This document shows, one piece after another, positions 1 through 12,288 of a stretch of 64,000 bases of DNA. Position 1 is the stretch's first letter. Each line of letters opens with the position of its first letter. The notes under the pieces were generated by a model, which worked only from the letters and a program-made list of their open reading frames with translations, had not been told where the DNA came from and did no database searches. Source of the DNA: Trichoplax adhaerens (lineage: Eukaryota; Animalia; Placozoa); contig NW_002060949.1 in NCBI RefSeq assembly GCF_000150275.1, positions 4,682,753-4,746,752 on the forward strand, given 5' to 3'. The position numbers were made by a program, and so were the translations under genes.

Positions 1-75
1 AGTTTAACCGGTATCTGATCTAACCATGACTATTTTTACTCCACTAAAGTTTGAACTTCAAATTCATTTTAATAG

Positions 76-1038
76 GTTGATCTATTGCAACGCAAACTAG
101 ATGGGCAACAAGTTAATAGTGAGGTATAAAAGATTTTATTTCGGTTGTATTGATAGTATCCTATATTAGATTGTGTTCCACTACTTCCTTTATGATATCA
201 ATATTTAATTGTAATTAATTCTGAATACCTGCCATTGCGTTTTTCTGGTGTGACTCAGGATGAAAAGCCCAAAGTGAAAAACCCGATAATTCGTCATTTG
301 CTGCCAAATGATAGCGGTAATTTAGCGGATATATTAAAAATTTTAATTTCAAAGAGGGCTCTTTAAAATACACATTAAGCGTGTATTATAAGAATCGATA
401 AAGAGCCTGTTTAAATAAGCGTTATAGTATATTTTAATGGCTCAGTTTTATCATCAATATAAATTTTATAGAAGTAGAAATGGTTCCATATAAGCTACTT
501 CTATGAGCTTAAAAGGATTTCATAGGTTATTAATGGTGGTTTATCATTGCATTTTAAATCATAATTTAAATCTAATTATTTCATGCATTAGCGGATGATG
601 TAGACTTACGGTCTGAAAGAATTGGATCTGGTGGTAGTATGTTACGAGAAAAGATCGCTTTATTAGAAGATAAATTAGAATTAACTATGTGTAAAGTAAG
701 TAATAATGAAAAGCTCTAAATTTAATGCAATGGACGATTTACTTTTCTTCTGTAGTAATTTATAAAATAATAGATTATAGTGATTTGTAATTCAATATCT
801 ATGCAAAGAATCTACGTTTATAAGTTAAGTAAGAAATCAAAATTCATTAAGCAACGGCGTTATGACTGATATTTGGTGATAACGTTTTACATTTTAGGTC
901 TGCTTTGAAAACGAATTGGAAATTGTTTTAATTCCTTGTAAGCATATGGTTACGTGTACAAGTTGCGCTGAACAATTGATTATATGTCCAACATGTAGAG
1001 CTCCTATTATCGCGCGAGATCGCGTGTATCGAAGTTAA
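76..1038 (+). CDS. 3' end of a gene with a C-terminal C3HC4 RING finger (IAP/MYLIP/MIB-type E3 ligase); 5' part lies outside the window
   Basis: Phase-compatible exons 76-123, 259-316, 592-695 and 898-1038 splice to ...LREKIALLEDKLELTMCKVCFENELEIVLIPCKHMVTCTSCAEQLIICPTCRAPIIARDRVYRS*. This is a coiled coil followed by a terminal RING-HC. Confidence 0.85.
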
Positions 1039-3693
1039 TTGGGACTGTAGTTACCATTTCTTAATATCGTATACCATGTAGGTATTCATCTAACAAAAGA
1101 ATTTAGTCTTAAAAAAGGATTTGGCTTATCGTCTCCTCTGATCTGTAATCTACAGCATGAATTTGGTACGTAATGCGATCAAATACGAATAGAATTAGAA
1201 TAGGATTCAGTTTTTTGGTTCCTACTACGTCTAAAGGATAAAACATCGAAAATAATAAGATAGATAGAAGACTAATTTTTTAAAAGATGGTATCGACTGT
1301 GTGTATACACCATGGATCATTAAAAATGATTCATATATAGGATTATAAATATTTAAAAGTCAAAATGAAACTGCTTGGAACTCCAAATCATTTTTAATAT
1401 AGCATAACTAGTATAATCATAATTATGCAGGTTGTGATGATATACAGTACAATGTTTAAACAATTTTTTTCTTAAAAATGTTTATGTCTTGCGCTACTTA
1501 TTGAGCAGGAATTAAAAATGTTCTTACAAATTTGATCACAAATTATCGACCAGTTCTACTTGAATGTAAATCATGGTAAATAATTGACTATTTTAATTAT
1601 AAACTATGTTATTATAGTTATTAGTTAATCAAGTCAAAGAACTTTCGGCTATTTTATCGTACGTTATCTCATGACGAAGCCTTACAAAAGATTAATAATT
1701 TACTGTGATAAATTTCGTTTTCATGAACTGTAGTCTAACCCATGTATGATTATCACTAGCCTATAATGATATTTAATTATTTAACATGAAAAGATCGTAC
1801 TAGATCAATAATAATAATTATATTTAAATTTTGATTAATTTATATGCTTCCTTCCTAGTCTTACATGAATATTAAATAATAGAGAACATATTTCGTTATT
1901 AATAGCATTGCTACTTTCCTATTATCGTTTCAGAACTTATTCTGCTGTACTCCATTCTATTGACTATTATATTGATTATTGTTAGCATATCTTGAAATCT
2001 ATATTTAAAGTATACATCTTGCTTTAAAATGATGTTCACATTTTTTAGATTGCTTTCTTTGAAGTTGATATACTTATTAGAATGTCAGATGCTTGATCAA
2101 GCACAGTTAAGATAGTACTGTTCTTAATTCTTATTATTTATACTCATTTATGGATGGAGAACTATCATTTTTAATACGGTTCTGTAACTTTCTTTCTTAA
2201 TTATTTTCGAAAGGAAGATTTAGATATTCTAATAGCATGCTGTACAATATCTAAGATGTATGGCATATAATAGATTTTGCCTATAAATTGCATGAATGAT
2301 GATGAAATTATAAGATACTACATTGATATATCGATGTATAAAATTGTAAAATCAAGCCTTATCACTAACAACCAATGTGAGAAATTTTGATTTCCCTTTT
2401 AAAATGTATTTAAACCTTTCCGACTGTAAAATTGGAATAAGTCTGAATAAAAAATTGAAATTTTTGAAATTGGTAGCGCTATAAAGTATGTCATCATTGC
2501 ATACTCTTATCTAGTTAAGGTGATGATCCGATTTAGTAATTATAAGACAGTAAAGTGGGGCTCTGTAAGTGTAAATTATAATGTTATATTAATTGCTTAA
2601 AGATCTATTAGGTGCTTGTAAATATATTTGTTGCAGTGATACTACACGCTAGTGCATTTTATTTCTGTGCTTAAGTTACGACTCAACTAGATATGCATAC
2701 TGATGATCCTAGCAATATACTCGTAAAGATCTTTCGCACAACAATGTCCTGTATGTAGGTGCGGCTAATACCTATAAAAAGAGATCTATTATTCGCATAA
2801 TCTTTTTCTCTCCACGCACTTGCATACATCTAGATGAAACGTGGTATCGTAAAGATTTATAATAAGTTATTTTTTATGATGCACAAAGTGCATGCGCTAT
2901 AATGACTCAATATTTATCATTTATTTGTTGTCTGAATTATAGTACTCACAGTTCTACTTGTGAATATGAAGTAATTAAAAGTTTATGGTCAATATAAATT
3001 GGTTAATCAACAGGTGGAAGACTAATATATAATACTAAATACAGTATGGTATTGCTACAGCAGCATGGCTTTAGACTTGAATCTATCGAGCTCATCACTA
3101 CTCCCTCCAAGATTTAATCTAACATTGCATTAAATGCAGAAAAAATTTCTGCTGAGCCAACTACTAATTATGAATGGTGCTATCATAACATAGTATCTTT
3201 TCTTTTCGTAGCTATAACGGTGGACATGGGTGATAATTCGAGCGTAAATGCAGAAACTGTCGCCTATAAAATATACAGCCAAGTGATATAGCATAGAACA
3301 GTCCAACGACTAATAATACGCGTAAGATTTTCAAAACTTTGTAAAGGCTTTATGTATAAATTGTACTTTGCCCAATTGCTTAAATTACCTGTAATAATTT
3401 ATTAGGACAGATGGATAGATTACCTTTTATACGGTATACAAACATAAAATTGCGTAATCAACGGCACAACAGTTTCTTCAACATAGTCTGACTTAGATAG
3501 AATACAGTTTCTATAGTTTATTTCCGTTGATGTCATCTTCTTTTGTAATTAAGGTCTTTAGGGAATTCCGTTGACCGATTACCTTCGAATTACAAGCAAT
3601 TGACAAATCGCATATAAACTGCCATGAATGGAGATGATACATGTGCTATTGATAAAACAGCGAGGTGCCGATTTGGAATGTAGCAATAGCAGC

Positions 3694-4869
3694 TTATGAA
3701 ATTCTAGATATTTTTGTCTTCAATAATGGACCCGTATAGGTCGACGTGGAAGCGAGTTGATTTAAATCCTCTAGGACAGCAGGTCTATACGTCGTCTAAA
3801 AAAAAGCTAAGTCAGACCAAGGGCTATCTATGGCTCTACCATAATGCACTGTAGTAGTAATCAATTGCAGTTAAAATGGTAATCGAAGATGATAGTTAAT
3901 ACTATGGAATGCATGCTACCATTGAAAAATTATCGTTCTAATCTCTAGACGATTTCATTATTGTTATTCAATTTGCAGTACGATTCTATATTGCTTGTCT
4001 GCGATTATTAGTACCATATTAAACAGGGTGGTAGTTTATTTGATAGTTCATTTTAAGACTCGATTATTAATCCATTACCAAATGGCGACGGAAAAGCAAT
4101 TCATTAACAATTTCATTGCTGTATGTTTCAATAAATGTATCCAAAACTACGTCAAAATGTTATGGGTAGCGTTAGTAGTCTAAGCTTTATATGCTTGGTT
4201 CTTCTTGTGCTGTAGCAGAGTTATAGTAATAGAAATAGAAAGAAATATGATCTAAGATAGAATGAACTGCAGAAGACATAGATAAATATTGGAACGTAAT
4301 TTGGGGGTCTCTTCCAAATTTTCTCCTCATATTGATTATTTATATGAATAATATATGTCTGATGATTGCATAGCTTTCATTGGCGTTATTTTTTAGCGGG
4401 ACACAATAATTATTTATATGATTTACTACCGCACTTGATATGAAGGCAATAAAGCTATTTGTATATTCGAAGAATTGATTTATTTAAACATCATAGTCAT
4501 GTCTAGTCACTTCAAACCTGTATTCATTCGTTACTATCGATTTTTCTGAATTCTATTTTTGATAGATTAGAATCGTTTATAACAAGCTTGAGATATATTA
4601 TACAACATGGACGAATAGAATAAATAATATCATACGATTTACAATATCGTAATCATTATTACTGACAACATTCCATTTTTTTTCCTCCTCGTTTTGCAGA
4701 TTTTATTTTGACAGTAGGATAGACATGAGGAAAGTAGGTGGTACTATTCCAGTTAATCTACGTCCATATTAGATATCTGTAGAATTAAGCTATACCAGTA
4801 GCGTAGCAATGGTCTTACTAAAAAGATAGATTAACATGTTCAAGGCGAATCTGTCACTATCTTCGCAAT
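3694..4869 (-). CDS. Possible small spliced gene of unknown function (3' exons only)
   Basis: Candidate exons 4869-4819, 4146-4079 and 3795-3694 have AG/GT boundaries and join in frame (..CEDSDRFALNMLIYLFILDTFIETYSNEIVNELLFRRHLTTYRPAVLEDLNQLAST..RIS*). I recognise no homology and found no start codon. Confidence 0.2.
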
Positions 4870-6756
4870 CTATGAAATAATTTAGTGACGTCAATTCCAA
4901 TCAATTATATTACTAATGTTCTCCAAACTAAAGCCGATTGTTTAATTGTCATTGTAGCCATAGTAAATAGATTTACTACTGAGTTGGTAGACAATACCGG
5001 TAATTACAGAAACAGATCAATTACTATTTTGAATCTATGTTCAATCATGTTCTATTTCCCATACAGACATTTACGATAGAGTTGTCTTGGTGCGATAGAA
5101 AATCGAGCTAATAAATAGAGTAAAGCAGAATAGAATAGAAAAACGAATTGAGAATAGATGCAAAGACTAGATGCAGTCAAAACTGTCGGGTGTCGATGCC
5201 AAAAACATATCGAACAGGATAATCAAACAATAGGGAAATCGTTTCAAAACAAGGTTATATTGTCTAAGGTTATTGACCTTTTACATTATCGTCGGATTAC
5301 TATTTTTCTGATTCGTTGTTCTTATTATTTAATTTTGGGATGTTTTTATAGGCCAGTAACAAATTTATATAGGACGAAGTAAAAGCTTTTAAAGTATTGG
5401 TGCCATCATGGTTGGATAAACAATATAATTAAAATACATCTGCCCATTGATAGTAGAGAAGGGATGAATGAAGGCAATTAGCAAAAAAATTTGGGGCCTA
5501 GAATTAGCGATCTTCAATCTCCTACCAATCAGCAGATTGACCAGCAATGACTTGCTAAGTAGGTGAAAAAATCATCTATAGTCTAGGCGATTTAATTGCC
5601 ACATAGTGCCATATTGTTACTTAGCTACTAATGATGGCTTGGTTTAGAACTTTATTGAGCCCTTTACAACCACGAACAAAGCATTCCTAGAGAAAAAGAA
5701 TTCAATTTCTATAATGATTAAGGCCAGCATTGATAGAAGGTCATTTAGATATTAAATTAGAGCAGTCTAATTAAAATTTTTTCCTACTCTATCCATTTTC
5801 TATAACAATATACCAAAAAACTGTATTAGACTAGGGTGAACCTAGTAATGCCAATTTTAATTACGGTAAGCAGGAAGTCATGATTAGTGTTGGTCTTTCA
5901 TGACATTAATGAATCGTCGATAATACTGATTACTGCTTTAGATTCTCTATCCTGACTCCTTGAATTTACCATCTTGATATCGCTTATGTCAAGCAGAAAA
6001 TAGTCATCCATCTCCTTCTTGATGATTATCAGATAAAAAACAGGTTAGTTTTTGCAACTTGAAAAATAGATTGTTTCAATCAATAACAATAAACTGTAAA
6101 TGGATGGTGTGGAATGATTCGGTGCTATCCTTAGACATACGCGTAAACTCGAATACGACTACTGTTTTGAAAATGAATGTAAGGGTAATCTCTGCTAAAT
6201 TTTAATTAACTGTGTTTTATCTTGACGATGAGACCCATTAAGGCATTGAAATTATATGTTAAAATTATTTTATGAACTATCGCTCCCCCTATTTCTTCTT
6301 CTCCTTTTCCTGCCCTAAACTTGAGTAAAGCAAAATGGTTTAAAAAGACACAACCATGAGATAGAAATGATTGTATTTTAATGGTAACAGGATCAAATAA
6401 AGTAACATCTATATTATTCTTAGAAAATGTCATTTTTACACGTAGGATATTGTGTTAAAAATAAGGTGGAAATCAAAGCAAAACAGTTGCTATTAGAATT
6501 ATTTACGGAAAAAACTCTATTAGAGTGAATAGATTGAAAACCCAAGGGCGACGGTATACTAACACTCTTGTCTTAATGAAAGTAAAGTAGCTACTACTAG
6601 AATCATTTTCAAAAAACTGTGAATAGATAGATTGAAAACTTAAGGGCAATGCTATACAAGCACTCTTATTAGAAATCACCACGCCAAAAAATGAAAGGAT
6701 AGTGATATTATCAACGGAAAAAGTCATAAAACGATTAATTTTATAATAAATCAAAG

Positions 6757-7600
6757 TTTTAAACTAAAAGCTAAATTATGTAATTATCGGAATAGTTGTG
6801 AACTATGAAAGAATATCGATAATGCAATTAAAAAATAAATTTTCAATCCTGATTTAATTGCGTTGCTGTTGACTCTATTTTCATATTCCTTTTTAAATTC
6901 AATTTTAAACTAAAACCAGTAAATTACAGCAATGTATGGCAATAGCTTGAAGGAATCAGATGATGTAGATTAAGATAAATTTTCAATCCTGATTTAATCA
7001 AGGTACTGTTGATTCCACGATCCAATTCCTTTTAAAATTCATTTTTTAAACTAGAATAAAATCGATAAATTTTGGCAATGTATCGCAATAGTTTGAAGGA
7101 ATCGCATAATGTAATCTAAGATTATTTTTTTTCAATCCCGATTTAATTACGCTACTGTCGATACTGCGATCCAATTCCTTTTAATTGGAATTTTTGATTT
7201 GAAGTAAAACCAGTAAACTATTGCAATCGATCGTAATAGTTTGAAAGAATCGTCATAATGTAGATTAATATTAGTTTTCAATCCTGATTCAATTACAGTA
7301 TTGTTGATTCTATGATCCAATTCCTTTTTAAATTTAATTTTAGAACTGAAATAAAACCAGTAAACTGTCGTAATACTTTGAAAAATTGTCATAATGTAAT
7401 TTAAAAATAATTTTTAATCCTGATTTAATTGCGGTACTGTTGATTCTACCATCCAATGCCTTTCTAAATTAAATTTTGAAACTGTAACAAAACCAATAAA
7501 CTATCGCGTAATTTAAAAGATGAAACAATTACAATAATGTAATTTAAAATTAGTTGTCCATCGTGATTCAATAGGGGTTACTATTAGGTCGATGGAACAA
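6757..7600. repeat. Degenerate tandem array, about 6 units of 136-149 bp
   Basis: An anchor resembling TCAATCCTGATTTAAT recurs at about 6843, 6983, 7132, 7278, 7414 and 7557. The intervening blocks CCAATTCCTTTT and AATAGTTTGAAGGAATC also recur. Confidence 0.9.
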
Positions 7601-8438
7601 TTTTATGTCAATAAAAATGAATCATTTCAATTAGTTCCGGTTGAACTGGGAATACCTTTCAAAACAATTGATTCGGTTACAAGTATCATTTGTGGGCATA
7701 GCTTTTATCACCGAATTGACCTTATTTGCCCTATTAGCAACTCTTTGGAACCTTTTAAATAATTTAAATTGGTAAACAAGGCCATATTCTATAATCAAAA
7801 CCATAACTTTACTCTATCATCAATTCATTAGACCAATCTTCTATTTAGTCTTTCCAAAGGAAATATCTTCATATTACCCTTGTCATTCATTATGTATATG
7901 AAGAATAAATAACTTTGCAAGCACAATGAACGAGATGATGAAGAGTCATAACTTTATTCTATCGTCAATCAACCTGACAAACTTTCCATTTAGTCTTTGG
8001 AAGGAAAACTTGCTCAGTTTACTCTTGTAATTGTTGACATGAAAAATACCTTAACAACCAACATTAACTATGCCATCATAATGGCACAATTGTTCAGGCT
8101 TGATTTTATAAGATTTGTGGAAAACAAAGAATGCTCATCATGTCGAAATAGGCAGAAAAAATCTAGGCCGTTAAACTTTACTAATGGTCAACGTATATTT
8201 TTGAGGGAGAAATAGAGTAGAAAAAAATAGAAGAATATTTATTAGAAGGAATCACATATTAGATGATCAATAGGTAGAATAAAATAGTCCTTTCTTCGCT
8301 TTCAAAACGTTATAGCATAGCTCGGAGCGATCAATAAGGAGTGTTCTAGAAATGCCTATCTACTCCATATTTCAAGATTTTTGCTATTAATCTATTTAAG
8401 ATCAGAGATAGAGTTTGCACTTTGCCATATAAAGCACG

Positions 8439-8513
8439 AAGAATTCAATATTTACCCCAGATATTCACGAGTTCAAGAATTCAATATTTACCCCAGATAT
8501 TCACGAGTTCAAG
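8439..8513. repeat. Perfect 36-bp tandem duplication
   Basis: GAATTCAATATTTACCCCAGATATTCACGAGTTCAA occurs at 8441-8476 and 8477-8512. Confidence 0.95.
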
Positions 8514-8704
8514 GATAAATAGAAAGAATAAAGTTTTCTTTTATTGTTTTTAAGATGTTATACCGTGGAAGGCTAATGACTGTTAGGAATGGAACTACTA
8601 TATTTAACATGGCGAATCCCCTTCATTTTAGCACATTTTTCGTCCGTCTTGATTAAAATTACCTACTCTAGCTTAGAAGATAGGTTTAATGATACTGGAT
8701 TAAT

Positions 8705-9325
8705 CCATTAATCTTAAAACTACTGACAGATTTCACTGTTTTAAAGTTATTTATTTCCATCTGTTCTAGTACAAGAGCGAAAACAGTTATATGACCATTC
8801 ATCACTTAATTTTAATACTGCTGACAGATTTACGCGTCTTAAAGTTGCTCACTTCTTCTAGTTCTAGTATAATATTCCAAACGCAGTTTACAAGACTATC
8901 TGTTACTTAATTTTAAGAGTACTGACAGACTTAGCTATCTGAAAGCTCTAATTAGCTGTCTTAAAGTTGTTCACTTCTTCTAGTTCTAGTATAATATGCC
9001 GAAGACTGTTCTAGGACCATCCGTCATTGCTTTAGAAAAGTACTAACAGAATTAGTTGTCTTAAAGTTATTATAGTTACAGTATAATACGTCGTAGAAAG
9101 TTAGTTCTTTTCGTCATGATATTGGTTCTATTACAACTGTAAGAGAATGGACAAAATTATGGCCACTAAATCTGTCCTTATTTTAATATAGCAACAAGTC
9201 AATGATAGATAATTATATAATCAGCCCTTCAATTATCTTTGACAAGATATCGGTAGCATTACTATAAATTAAGAGAAAATAGACCAATTGAAGACGGCTA
9301 AACCTGTCAATATTTTAATTTAGAA
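8705..9325. repeat. Degenerate ~100-bp unit array: four forward copies followed by about two inverted copies
   Basis: A unit like TACTGACAGATTTA..GTCTTAAAGTT..TAGTTCTAGTATAAT occurs near 8721, 8818, 8920 and 9041. Reverse-complement-like copies (..CTAAATCTGTC.., ..GACGGCTAAACCTGTC..) occur near 9130-9185 and 9258-9320. Confidence 0.75.
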
Positions 9326-10449
9326 ATAACTTTCATGACACGTAGTTGATTCTTAAACTCTCTTCTACATGTTAAGGATTTTATTATAACTTTAACATAC
9401 AATCACTTTACTACTTACTCAATTTGAGTAATTGACTCCATTTTAAAATGTCGGATTGTGTATATATTCCTTTTCAATTGCTATTATACAATATTTGATG
9501 ATCTAGGTACCAGACTAAAATCAATTCCACTAGAGGAATTTGATCTTAATATATCGAACTCATGAGTGATTGAGCTCCAGGCAATATCGAAATTTCTCTC
9601 GATAGCTATATTCGCATTATCTTAGCTAGAGCTAGTTATAGTTTTTGGCAGAGTTTCATATCCAAAAAGAATTTCTCTGCACTTCAATTCTGCATCTGCA
9701 TTTATTTTCAGCTTCTAAGAGATTTTAACTTTTGCTTTAGTTATATAAAATTGATTTGAAAAGTATTTCGCTGATAATGACCCAACAACTTTATTAGGTC
9801 AATCTATAAATTGGTTTATCCCATCTATTTTGGTCCTTTCGCTCCTCTTCTTTGCCTCTATTCAATATCTCCTGTAAGTAACCGCAAAATTTCACTCTCT
9901 ATATACTAGTTTATATTTGTTTTAGCATTCTACTGCACATTTTTACTTTGATGGCTGGAAGATCACTTGAAGATATTAATCTAGAATGATTCTTGGCATT
10001 TTCATTCTTTCATGATTAGAAAATTTGCTCAAAATAGATAAAATCTATTCTAAGGATTTGTAATTTCTGCTGCAGTCTTAAACTTATTCGCATAAGATTA
10101 TTAGCCTCTAAGTGCTGTTGCTAGTTACCCGATCTTGTTATACAAAAATGAAAGAATCTGTAATTCATATTATAAATTGAAGTTATCAGTATAAGATTAT
10201 AGTTATATTATAAGCCTTTAGCGCATCCAATGGCATTCGATCTAGTCGAGAAATACAAGATCAAGAATTTGCAATTTCTATTACAATGTCAATTTATTAG
10301 CATAATCTTATTCGCCTATAGCACTTTTAATAATTGATTAGCACAAAAATGATTGAAAAGCTGCAATCACTTTTATTGCCATCTGTCTAGTTAAGTAATA
10401 AGGAATCGATTCCATCCTTTCTCATTCCTATCTAGATAGAGTATCCAAC

Positions 10450-12288
10450 ATGAAGTTATTCTTTTCTTGCCAAAATTATCGTTTTGCATTAAATGTCAGC
10501 CAAACTGATACCGTGGGCTCGGTGATGGAACGATTACGTGAGAAAGCTTCCATCATATTCGATGATAGCAGCAATACACGATTAGTACCTTATTATGCCG
10601 GCTCGTATTTACAGAAAGAATGGCCGATCATGGATATTGGTATACCGCAAGGTTCAACCATTCGATGTTATTTACGCCAAGAGTTAAAACCTTCTCTCTA
10701 CGTTTATTGCAATTTTAACAGGCAGCTGATTGATATTAATGAGCCATTAAATGTGCCGCAAACTCCAGTCCATCAATTACGATCGATTATTACCGATCTA
10801 ACGGGTTTGCCGCTAAGTTGTTATTGTTTAATTTCACCTTATCGACGGGTTATGAACGATTCCGATAAATTATTAGATCATCTTGTTGATGAAGGCATGA
10901 CTGTCCGTTTAGAAACGATTAAAGGTTTAGATGAATTCTTTCACGCAGCTTGTGCTGGCAAAGTGCGCGATATCTTGCAATTAATGCCAGCTAATCGCCT
11001 TGAAAGACATTACTTGTGTAAAGTCGCTCTCTTTATTGCATCGCATAATGGCCATTACGATTTAACAGGGACTATGCTTTCCATGGGCTATTTAGCTAGT
11101 CAGCCACCTGGTTTTCATCCAACGATCAATTGGTGCTTAGATCGAACTCATTTTGGCCATTTAACTACACCATTACATCAAGCAGCGATGAAAGATAATA
11201 TTAGTATATTACGATTATCCCTATTGAATAATTTAGTGGGAATCACATGCCAAGATGGTTTTAATCAGACACCATTACAAGTAGCTATCAAATATAACAG
11301 CCAACAATCCGTTCAATATTTAAAATCACAATTACGACGTTATACCGATCATCAAAATGGTCTAGCAAATAGCCGCTATCCGTCCAAGAATAAATTCCAT
11401 CATTGTCGTTATCAACATTATAATCCTGAGAAATTATTCGAAATTAAGACATTAGCTCAAGTTGGACGAATTGTAGAAGAAAAAGACGGCCAAGCACGCT
11501 TTACAGTCGATTCTCAACGTTATCGGTTGCAAGATTATGATGATCAAGAAGAATTTGTTGTCGTGGATGATGAACATGGCCAACCCAAGTTAGTCAAACG
11601 ATCATCGATAGATAAATCATCATTGAAAAATGGCCAAGATTATTCTTTACTTATTAAATCGCCATCATCGTCACCACCTCATCGTCGTAAAGCTAAAAAA
11701 TCAACATTATCCGCTAGTCATACCTATCATTATCGTACAGCCAAAGTTAGTAAAGCAACTCGTGCCAAAACAGCAGCAGATTCATTAATGCCTATCGATC
11801 AAAACCCAAAGGATAAGCAACCATTTCATCCGGCATTCTTACATGTTGATAATCATGCTGAGGTTCAGACTAATTTCATAGATGAAAAGTTAACACAATC
11901 GACTAATTTACCAACACTTCCTACTACCGCCGCGATTTCGTCTGGTGCTATCCAGCAACAAACTAGTTTTGATTTTGTCAAAGGTTATCGCTCTACCACT
12001 ACTGCACCCACACTCTCTAAATCGATATCGTTGCCTTCGTCATCATCTTTTACTTCACAATATAATTCTAGGCTGAAATCTGAAACATCATTAGAAGATT
12101 TTGAAAGATATCGTGGCCAAAATGCTCGTGAAAAAGCGCTAGCATGTATGGATATAGCTACAACATTTAAAAGTAAGCCATGGTTAAAGCAAATTCAATT
12201 AGCTGTCAAGTTAAATGTCAGCAGTTGTAAACGATCGATGAATTCGATCCAATTTTCCAATATCAGTAAATGCGGTACACATCAGTAA
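10450..12288 (+). CDS. ANKUB1: Ankyrin repeat and ubiquitin-like domain-containing protein 1 (intronless, 612 aa)
   Basis: Two N-terminal ubiquitin-like domains (YAGSYLQKEW..DIGI; TGLPLSCYCL), ankyrin repeats (VALFIASHNGH, TPLHQAA, QTPLQVAIKY), the GFHPTINWC motif and the C-terminal AREKALAC..FKSKPWLKQIQLA all match recalled ANKUB1. Confidence 0.9.
   Translation: MKLFFSCQNYRFALNVSQTDTVGSVMERLREKASIIFDDSSNTRLVPYYAGSYLQKEWPIMDIGIPQGSTIRCYLRQELKPSLYVYCNFNRQLIDINEPLNVPQTPVHQLRSIITDLTGLPLSCYCLISPYRRVMNDSDKLLDHLVDEGMTVRLETIKGLDEFFHAACAGKVRDILQLMPANRLERHYLCKVALFIASHNGHYDLTGTMLSMGYLASQPPGFHPTINWCLDRTHFGHLTTPLHQAAMKDNISILRLSLLNNLVGITCQDGFNQTPLQVAIKYNSQQSVQYLKSQLRRYTDHQNGLANSRYPSKNKFHHCRYQHYNPEKLFEIKTLAQVGRIVEEKDGQARFTVDSQRYRLQDYDDQEEFVVVDDEHGQPKLVKRSSIDKSSLKNGQDYSLLIKSPSSSPPHRRKAKKSTLSASHTYHYRTAKVSKATRAKTAADSLMPIDQNPKDKQPFHPAFLHVDNHAEVQTNFIDEKLTQSTNLPTLPTTAAISSGAIQQQTSFDFVKGYRSTTTAPTLSKSISLPSSSSFTSQYNSRLKSETSLEDFERYRGQNAREKALACMDIATTFKSKPWLKQIQLAVKLNVSSCKRSMNSIQFSNISKCGTHQ

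Noticed and set aside
6206-7392. Minus-strand ORFs of 75-83 aa with similar starts
   Set aside because: They overlie degenerate repeats whose units do not keep a reading frame.
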